Shown: positions 7,081 to 13,367 of the stretch, piece after piece | Position numbering within the stretch: position 1 is the first letter of the stretch | Layout: the number at the start of each line of letters is the position of its first letter | Assembly (NCBI GenBank): GCA_043822705.1 | Contig: JBDRBK010000124.1 | Coordinates: forward strand, 1-13,367 | Source of the DNA: Fidelibacterota bacterium | Lineage (GTDB): Bacteria > Fidelibacterota > Marinisomatia > Marinisomatales > TCS56 | Direction: 5' to 3' | Length of the DNA stretch: 13,367 nucleotides | The notes under the pieces: model-generated | The model's database searches: none | Told to the model about the DNA's origin: nothing | Seen by the model: only the letters and a program-made list of their open reading frames with translations | Translations under genes and position numbers: made by a program

Positions 7081-7625
7081 ACATGCCTCTTTTCTGATTC
7101 GGTTAAAATGGCGTTCAGGCGATCGATTTTATAGCGATAGCCAGCCACCAGGTTTTCGTGCACAGTGGGATTATAGGGATTGTATTTCAACGTTGTTTTG
7201 CACTCATTGATCTGGAAATCCAGAACCAGTACATTGGCGAAATCCCTCTGCCAGCGATCATTGGTTGCGGAAAGATTCAGGCGCTTTATCTGTTGTTCCA
7301 GGCCGGCGATTTTAAGCTCATAGGCAGCCTGTGAATCAAACACCCGCTCGTCGATTGCCCAGGCATACTGCCGGGCACGGGCCGGTGAAATTAACCGGTC
7401 GGTCGGTTGCCATAGCCATATGCCCAGCGCCACCAACAGCGCCAGGCTAACGGTCGCCAGGGCCGGAATCCGCCAGCTTTGCCAGCGGAACCAGGCCGAA
7501 CGGACCGGGGCCGGCCGCTCCAGTTCGCTGACAATGTTATTCCACAATGTCGGTGGCGCTGTTTTAGACTGCAGCGTGGCGCGAGCCTGCTCCAGTAGAC
7601 GATCAAAATCTTCAGACTGTTTCAT
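7077..7625 (-). CDS. Putative single-pass anti-sigma factor
   Basis: Overlaps the ECF sigma gene. Short cytoplasmic N-terminus (APPTLWNNI), one TM helix (IPALATVSLALLVALGIWLW), helical C-terminal domain. ATG 7625 is preferred over TTG 7631. Confidence 0.72.
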   Translation of the reverse strand: MKQSEDFDRLLEQARATLQSKTAPPTLWNNIVSELERPAPVRSAWFRWQSWRIPALATVSLALLVALGIWLWQPTDRLISPARARQYAWAIDERVFDSQAAYELKIAGLEQQIKRLNLSATNDRWQRDFANVLVLDFQINECKTTLKYNPYNPTVHENLVAGYRYKIDRLNAILTESEKRHV

Positions 7626-8181
7626 AACCAATATCCATTTTCGTGAAAATAACTCTTAATTTTTCCCTGGCCCGGTGATACTGTGATTTGGATGTACCGA
7701 CCGAGACATTCATGATAGCAGCCACCTGCTCGTGGGGCAGTTCCTGCAAATAATGGAGCACAAAAACGTTGCGGTAACCTTTCGGTAATTTCCGCAGGGC
7801 CGAGGAGAGCAGTTGCCAGACATCCCGGGACGGATTTTCATTATCGGCGATCTCTGCCTGTTCATCATCCAGATCAACCCAGTGGTTGCGATGGCGCCGG
7901 ATTGTCGTGTAAGTCGCGTTCAGTACGATCCGGTACAGCCAGGGTACGAATTTTGAACAATCCTTCAGGGTTTTGATATTTTTATGCATCCTGATAAAAC
8001 TTTCCTGAATGGCTTCCTCGGCCAGGTACTCATTGCGGCTCAAGGCCAGACTGGCGCGGTACATTTCGTCCTTATAACGATCGTACAACCAGCGGTAGGC
8101 GCCCACTTCACCTTGCCGGGCGCGCTCAACTGTCGCTTCCAGCAATCGGTCCGGTCGATTATTGGCCGAAGACTGTTCCAT
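7612..8181 (-). CDS. ECF (group IV) RNA polymerase sigma factor
   Basis: 189 aa. Region 2 (AEEAIQESFIR...FVPWLYRIVLN) and region 4 (LRKLPKGYRNVFVLHYLQELPHEQVAAIMNVSVGTSKSQYHRAR). Confidence 0.95.
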   Translation of the reverse strand: MEQSSANNRPDRLLEATVERARQGEVGAYRWLYDRYKDEMYRASLALSRNEYLAEEAIQESFIRMHKNIKTLKDCSKFVPWLYRIVLNATYTTIRRHRNHWVDLDDEQAEIADNENPSRDVWQLLSSALRKLPKGYRNVFVLHYLQELPHEQVAAIMNVSVGTSKSQYHRAREKLRVIFTKMDIGYETV

Positions 8182-8189
8182 TCAACTGA

Positions 8190-8218
8190 TAGACTGCCAG
8201 GTCAGCCACAGGGTTGCA
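8190..8218 (-). promoter_or_regulatory. Putative ECF-sigma-dependent (autoregulatory) promoter
   Basis: Minus strand reads TGCAAC (8218-8213), N17, AGTCTA (8195-8190), then 8 nt to the sigma ATG. A T-rich tract lies just upstream of the -35. Confidence 0.6.
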
Positions 8219-8290
8219 TGGAAAAAAATAAAATTCATGACAGAAATTAATTAGCCGGTCAATTTGCCCATATAATTATATCACATCCAG

Positions 8291-8328
8291 ATAAAAGACC
8301 TTCGGGAACCAGTGCATCGGCTCCAGGT
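8291..8328 (-). terminator. Possible intrinsic terminator after the ABC-F gene
   Basis: Minus strand ACCT-GGAGCC-GATGCACT-GGTTCC-CGA-AGGT-CTTTTAT forms a bulged 10-bp stem with a short U tract, starting 6 nt after the stop. Confidence 0.35.
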
Positions 8329-8334
8329 GCGGGG

Positions 8335-10227
8335 TCAGCCAAGTTCTTGCTGGATCTGCTCCGCCCGCGTCAGTAAATCAAGATATTCCATTTCCAGCCG
8401 TTCCTGTTCCGCCAGCGCCTCCTGAATTACCTGGTATTTACTGGCGTTGGCCGGGTCATTCACGCTGGTGATCCGGGCGCTGATCGCCGCTTCAACCCGG
8501 GGCATTTCCCGTTGCAGGTTCTTGAGCTCATTTTCCAGTTTCCGGCGTTGTTGCCGCTCAGTGTTGCGGGATTGCTTGTCTCCGACCGGCGGTTGATCTG
8601 TTACCTGACCGGGCACAGTCGGCCGGCCGTCGGGCTGACTTATTTTCCACTCGTAATATTCATAATTCCCCGCGTATACCGTTGCCTGCCCGCGGTCGAT
8701 TTCGATTATCTGGTTGGTAACCGTATTCAGAAAATGGCGATCATGGGAAATGCACACCAGCGTGCCCTGAAAATCGGCCAATACACGCTCGACCACATCG
8801 CGGGAAATCATGTCCAGATGATTGGTCGGCTCATCCAGCAGCAGCAGGTGCGCCGGCCGCACCAGCATCCGGGCAAGCGCCAGACGGGATTTTTCACCAC
8901 CAGACAGAACCCGGACCAGCTTATCAACGGTGTCGCCGCTGAACAGGAACCCGCCCAGGTAGCCGCGAATCTGGGAGATCGTCCAGTCGCCGGTTTCCTG
9001 TTCAATGGTTTGGTAAACCGTCCGATCGGGATCAAGGATTTCCAGTTGATGCTGGGCGAAATAAGCCCGTTCAACCCCGCTACCGATTTCGAGTGTCCCG
9101 GAGGTCACCGGCGTTTCCTCGGCCAGCAGCTTCAGCAGGGTCGATTTGCCGGCACCGTTGTGACCCACCAATCCGATTTTCTGACCGCGTTCGATCACCA
9201 AGTTCAATCCCCGGTAGACCACCAGATCATCGTAACATTTGCCGGCCGCTTTGAACTCGGCCACCTTGCGGGGCGCCCGTCCCGGTTGGGGAATTTTTAA
9301 CCGGAAATGGTATTCGCTGGTCGTGGGCGGCTCCACCCGTTCCAGTTTATCCAGTTGTTTGACCCGGCTCTGGACCTGACTGGCCTTGGTATTCTTGTAG
9401 CGGAAACGTTCGATAAAACGCTCGGTCGCCACAATTTTCCGCTGCTGATTCCGATAGGCGGCAGCCTGCTGGTCCTGGCGCAGCTGTTTCTGTTCCAGAA
9501 ACCGGCTGTAATTCCCGCTGTAAAGATTAATCTGAGCCTGGTCGATTTCAACGATGTGGGTCACCGAACTGTCCAGGAAAGAACGATCGTGGCTGATCAT
9601 CACCAGTCCGCCCTTCCAATTAGCCAGAAACGATTCCAGCCAGATTGTGGCATACAGATCGAGGTGATTGGTGGGTTCGTCCAGGAATAGCATGTCCGGT
9701 TCCAGCAGCAGAATTCCGGCCAGGGCCACCCGCATCCGCCAGCCACCGCTGAAAACTTCCAGCGGCCGGTGGAATTGCTCTTCGCGAAAACCCAGGCCGC
9801 CCAGGATCCGGCCGGCCCGGTCCTCCAGCGTCCAGCCTTCCAGCCGCTCATAATCCTGCTGCAGGCGGCTCAGGCGATCCATGATTTTTGCATCGCTGGG
9901 ATTTTCCGCCAATTGCCGCGAGACCAGGTGGATTTTCTCCTCCAGCTCGGCCACCGCCGGAAATGCTTTCATGACTTCCTCCAGAATCGAGCGACTGGAT
10001 CCCGGAATGATATCCTGTGGCAGGTAGCCGATCACCGTGCCCCTGTCGACCAGCACGTTGCCGGCGTCCACGGTCTCCTGTCCCAGCATGATCCGCAGGA
10101 GGGTGGTCTTCCCCGAACCGTTAGGACCCACCAGCCCGATCCGCATGCCGGGTTTGATCGTCAAACCGGTATTGTAAAACAATTGCTTGTCCGGGTATTC
10201 CTTGCTGATTCCTTCCAGCCTGATCAC
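8335..10227 (-). CDS. ABC-F family ATP-binding protein (YheS/Uup-like translation factor)
   Basis: Two NBDs (GPNGSGKTT / FSGGWRMR / LDEPTNHLD; GHNGAGKST / LSGGEKSR / LDEPTNHLD), inter-domain linker, C-terminal coiled coil, no TM segments. GTG start overlaps the mtaB stop. Confidence 0.95.
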   Translation of the reverse strand: MIRLEGISKEYPDKQLFYNTGLTIKPGMRIGLVGPNGSGKTTLLRIMLGQETVDAGNVLVDRGTVIGYLPQDIIPGSSRSILEEVMKAFPAVAELEEKIHLVSRQLAENPSDAKIMDRLSRLQQDYERLEGWTLEDRAGRILGGLGFREEQFHRPLEVFSGGWRMRVALAGILLLEPDMLFLDEPTNHLDLYATIWLESFLANWKGGLVMISHDRSFLDSSVTHIVEIDQAQINLYSGNYSRFLEQKQLRQDQQAAAYRNQQRKIVATERFIERFRYKNTKASQVQSRVKQLDKLERVEPPTTSEYHFRLKIPQPGRAPRKVAEFKAAGKCYDDLVVYRGLNLVIERGQKIGLVGHNGAGKSTLLKLLAEETPVTSGTLEIGSGVERAYFAQHQLEILDPDRTVYQTIEQETGDWTISQIRGYLGGFLFSGDTVDKLVRVLSGGEKSRLALARMLVRPAHLLLLDEPTNHLDMISRDVVERVLADFQGTLVCISHDRHFLNTVTNQIIEIDRGQATVYAGNYEYYEWKISQPDGRPTVPGQVTDQPPVGDKQSRNTERQQRRKLENELKNLQREMPRVEAAISARITSVNDPANASKYQVIQEALAEQERLEMEYLDLLTRAEQIQQELG

Positions 10228-11558
10228 GGCGACACCATCCCTTCGGCAAGTTCACCGCGCACGTACGAACCGGTATCGGCCTGCAACCGTACCGGGCGGA
10301 TGCAGTTCGTCAGTACCGAATCTCCCCTGATCTTTGCCCGGATATAATTAGCGGTCATTCCGGACAGCCAGCCACCAGCATCGGTCGTTTCGAACAACAC
10401 CGGTTGAACGGTACCGAGATATGCGCGGATGTATTCCCGCTTCTTTTCCGCCCCCAATTCGTGGAGGATGGCAGCGCGCTTTTTCTTGACCTGGAAATCA
10501 ACCTGCTCCGGTAGCCGGGAGGCTACTGTTCCGGTGCGCTCGGAATAGCGAAAAATATGCAGATAGGTGAATGGCGATTCTCTGATCAGGTCAACTGTTT
10601 GCTGGAATTCCATGTCGGTCTCACCGGGGAAACCGACGATGACATCGGTTCCCAGGGCGATCCCCGGCGCGATTTTACCGATCCGTTCCAGCAGCTTCCG
10701 AAAATCATCCGGCGAGTATTTCCGGCGCATACGTTCGAGTACCGACGCCGCACCGCTCTGTAGCGGTACATGCAGGTGCGGGCAGATATTCGGCCGTTCG
10801 GCCACCAGAGACAATAAGCGGTCAGTGACGGTATTGGGCTCGATCGAGCTGATCCTGATCCGTTCCAGACCGGCCACGGCGCTCAGCCCGGCCAGCAGAT
10901 CGGCCAGATCGCGGCCGTCGTCATCCTGCCAGGTGCCGATATTAATTCCGGTCAGCACGATCTCGCGGTAGCCGTCGGCCGCCAGTCGGCCCGCTTCCCG
11001 GATCGACTCGGCATAGCCACGACTGCGCGCCCGGCCGCGGGCAAAGGGAATGATGCAATAAGAACAATAATAATCACAGCCTTCCTGGATTTTCAGGAAG
11101 GCGCGGGTGCGGCTGGTGGCCGAAATAAAGGGCGTTTCGAGATACTTCTCCGAATCACCAAAACCGTTCACAAACACCAGCGGTTTTTCGGATTGTTTGC
11201 CGGTCAGTTGCTCCAGATATTCCGCCAGCCGGTATTTCTCGCTGGTACCAAGCACCAGATCGACCCCCTCGATTGCCGCCAGATCGCCGGCCCTGACCTG
11301 CGCATAACAGCCCATTGCCACGATCCGGCCGGAGGGAGAGGCCTTGATCGCCCCCCGGATCACCTGGCGGCTCTTACTGTCGGCGTCGTTGGTAACCGTA
11401 CAGGTGTTGATAACCGTCAGGTCCGCTTCCGACTTGAACGGCACCACCCGATACCCGCGGGCCCTAAAATCGGCGGCGATGGTCTCGGTCTCGGCCTGAT
11501 TCAATTTACAACCCAGCGTGTAAAAACTGACGGTTTTAATGTTGCGATTTGTATTCAT
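10224..11558 (-). CDS. mtaB: tRNA N6-threonylcarbamoyladenosine(37) methylthiotransferase MtaB
   Basis: TLGCKLNQAE, INTCTVT, GCYAQ, radical-SAM motif KIQEGCDYYCSYCIIPFARG, IVLTGINIG, RIRISSIEP, DVIVGFPGET. ATG 11558 is preferred over TTG 11564. Confidence 0.92.
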   Translation of the reverse strand: MNTNRNIKTVSFYTLGCKLNQAETETIAADFRARGYRVVPFKSEADLTVINTCTVTNDADSKSRQVIRGAIKASPSGRIVAMGCYAQVRAGDLAAIEGVDLVLGTSEKYRLAEYLEQLTGKQSEKPLVFVNGFGDSEKYLETPFISATSRTRAFLKIQEGCDYYCSYCIIPFARGRARSRGYAESIREAGRLAADGYREIVLTGINIGTWQDDDGRDLADLLAGLSAVAGLERIRISSIEPNTVTDRLLSLVAERPNICPHLHVPLQSGAASVLERMRRKYSPDDFRKLLERIGKIAPGIALGTDVIVGFPGETDMEFQQTVDLIRESPFTYLHIFRYSERTGTVASRLPEQVDFQVKKKRAAILHELGAEKKREYIRAYLGTVQPVLFETTDAGGWLSGMTANYIRAKIRGDSVLTNCIRPVRLQADTGSYVRGELAEGMVSP

Positions 11559-11635
11559 AATCAATCAAAACAGGGGCTGGAATTTCGCCCTTCGGACACT
11601 TTAAAACAAGCCGGCCTTAATTCTGCCGGTGCCAT

Positions 11636-11658
11636 AATTACAACTAATAGTTGGAATT
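11636..11658. promoter_or_regulatory. Palindromic operator-like site in the divergent mtaB/XRE intergenic region
   Basis: AATT-a-CAACTA-a-TAGTTG-g-AATT: 10 of the 11 arm positions are complementary. Confidence 0.45.
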
Positions 11659-11787
11659 GAATACAAATATAGTTCTATTATGCCTGAAATAGTAGAATAA
11701 GAAGGCCGTATTATAAAATATGCATTGCGAATATGATCACCATACCTTATGTTTAACTTGATAAAACATTCAACAAATGGAGCAAAC

Positions 11788-12096
11788 ATGTTAACTGGAA
11801 AAGAATTGAAACAAGCCCGTCGCGATCTTGGACTGACCCAGAAAGGTCTGGCCGATGAACTGGGCGTCAGCCTGCCGACCGTAGTCAACTGGGAACTTGG
11901 CAAATCGACGCCGCGCGGTAAGAATCTTCAAAAACTGGACGGTTTTTTCAGTGCGGTCGAAAGCACCCCCGATCTTCTGAGTGATGAGTTGCAGGAAGCA
12001 CTGCAGGTCGTATCGGACGAACTCGGTTTCGAAGATTTGAAGGAGATGTTCAAAACAATCGTGCGCAAGCACAATCTGGGGCTGCTGGACCTGTAG
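11788..12096 (+). CDS. XRE/Cro-family HTH transcriptional regulator
   Basis: ELKQARRDLGLTQKGLADELGVSLPTVVNWELGKSTP. GGAG (11779-11782) precedes ATG 11788. Confidence 0.9.
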   Translation: MLTGKELKQARRDLGLTQKGLADELGVSLPTVVNWELGKSTPRGKNLQKLDGFFSAVESTPDLLSDELQEALQVVSDELGFEDLKEMFKTIVRKHNLGLLDL

Positions 12097-12098
12097 TT

Positions 12099-13367
12099 TT
12101 ATTTGCTGGTCAGCGTCCAGACGCCGTTCCAGTCGGCGCCGGGCGGATTGGCCTGCCAGTACTCACAGCGCGGAATATAAATCCGGCTGGGATTGGTTTT
12201 CCGGCCCGGGAACATATCTTCCAACTGGTCAGCCGACTGGAAGGCGGCAATCGCCTGTTCCCACTGCTGGTTTTTGTACAGATTCAGAGCTTGGTTATAC
12301 GCCTGCAATAGTTTTTCAGCTTGCGGTGTCAGTCTTGACGGCTCGCAGATCAGTTCATGCACTCGCACCGGTTCCGTTTTCCCCATGACCCGGACATAAT
12401 CCAGTTCGCGCCAGATAAAGCGGTCCTTGACCGCCTGGTAGGTGGCGTCGGCCACCTGGATATAGACACCATACTGTTTGGCCGAAGCCTCCAGCCGGGC
12501 GGCCAGATTGACCGTGTCGCCCATCATGGTATAATTCATCCGCATGGTGGAACCCATGTTCCCGGTCACCATCTTGCCGCTGTTCAGTCCCACCCGATGC
12601 AGCATATGATGCACTATTGCAGGCCATTCCGGTTCCGACTGCCATTTGAGTCGTAATTCCGCCAGCCGGTCGCTCATTTCCAGAGCGGTCATACAAACCA
12701 GGTACTCATGTTCCTCGACCGGCATCGGGGCGCCGAAAAAGGCAACGATGGCATCGCCGATATACTTGTCCAGCGTACCCTGATTCTTCAACAGTACTTC
12801 CGTCATGGCGGTCAGGTATTCGTTCATCAGCGCCACCATCCGTTCCGGCTCCAGGACTTCCGAAAACGATGAGAAACTTTGTATATCCGAGAAAAAGGCC
12901 GAGTGATAACCCTGTTCGCCGCCTAACTTGGGCTCTTGCTTGGTCCGGTACATTTCCTCGATCAGGTCCGGGGAAATATAGGTGCCGAAAGTCGCTTTCA
13001 GGTAACGTTTATCCTTTTCGGCCACCAGAAAATTGTACAGAAAAACGCCCAGATAGGTGCCGGTCAGAGCCAGCACCGGCCGTACGATTTCCCACATCAC
13101 CAGCTTCGAAAGAAACTGGTTGTAGGCGAAGACGATCCACAGCAGCACCGCCAGTACCGGGATCGCTAGTGAAATCAGCGGCCGTGAAATTATCAGCGAC
13201 ACCAGCGCGCCCACTAACACCGCAATCACCACGATGGCCCAGAAATTGGCGTGCGTTTCGGACAGGCGAATAAACTGATTGTTGAGAATGCTGTGCATGA
13301 CGTTGGCGTGGATTTCCACCCCGGCAAAGGTCTCCTGAACCGGCGTGTTCCGCAAATCCATCAGCCC
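12099..13367 (-). CDS. CHASE2-type membrane class III adenylate cyclase (5' part outside the window)
   Basis: The frame is open to the window edge (GLMDLRNTP...GVEIHA, a CHASE2 C-terminal signature). Three TM helices, catalytic motifs FSDIQSFS, DKYIGDAI and YTMMGDTVNLAARLE, and a C-terminal TPR-like segment. Confidence 0.92.
   Translation of the reverse strand, partial: GLMDLRNTPVQETFAGVEIHANVMHSILNNQFIRLSETHANFWAIVVIAVLVGALVSLIISRPLISLAIPVLAVLLWIVFAYNQFLSKLVMWEIVRPVLALTGTYLGVFLYNFLVAEKDKRYLKATFGTYISPDLIEEMYRTKQEPKLGGEQGYHSAFFSDIQSFSSFSEVLEPERMVALMNEYLTAMTEVLLKNQGTLDKYIGDAIVAFFGAPMPVEEHEYLVCMTALEMSDRLAELRLKWQSEPEWPAIVHHMLHRVGLNSGKMVTGNMGSTMRMNYTMMGDTVNLAARLEASAKQYGVYIQVADATYQAVKDRFIWRELDYVRVMGKTEPVRVHELICEPSRLTPQAEKLLQAYNQALNLYKNQQWEQAIAAFQSADQLEDMFPGRKTNPSRIYIPRCEYWQANPPGADWNGVWTLTSK

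Noticed and set aside
8233..8280. Sigma70 promoter for the ECF gene (TTGACC at 8262-8257; palindromic TATAATTATA at 8271-8280)
   Set aside because: TTGACC has no good -10 at 16-18 nt, and the TATAAT has no matching -35 on the minus strand.
8512..10347. Long plus-strand ORFs (8512-9300, 9307-9690, 9769-10347)
   Set aside because: Antisense shadows of the GC-rich ABC-F gene with no recognisable motifs.
11601..11903. 100-aa minus-strand ORF as a possible toxin partner of the XRE protein
   Set aside because: It overlaps the XRE gene in antisense and shows no toxin-like motifs or RBS.
1..13367. CRISPR array, tRNA/rRNA, prophage or integron cassette
   Set aside because: By eye I found no regularly spaced DNA repeats, cloverleaf, phage genes or attC-like sites. 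A covariance-model search was not possible.

Overview
Bacterial genomic window with three parts. (1) 1-1246 is a complete IS3-family insertion sequence. It has orfA/orfB, an A AAA AAG -1 frameshift site, and imperfect terminal inverted repeats that would form a near-consensus promoter when the element circularises. (2) About 1247-2900 is a strongly AT-rich accessory segment (roughly 25-30% GC by eye, against about 55-60% in much of the rest). It holds a translationally coupled pair: a HExxH gluzincin-like protein, apparently cut at its 5' end by the IS, and a divergent trimeric dCTP deaminase with IQPY in place of IDPG. This pair is the best candidate for an undescribed system, possibly anti-phage or nucleotide-depleting (inference). 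(3) The rest looks like core genome. On + are an uncharacterised membrane protein and an SLC13/TrkA-C permease. On - are a partial CHASE2 class III adenylate cyclase, mtaB, an ABC-F ATPase, and an ECF sigma / anti-sigma / DUF4097-like operon with a likely leaderless autoregulated ECF promoter. An XRE regulator on + sits between mtaB and the cyclase. All family calls come from motif recognition; no database search was run.
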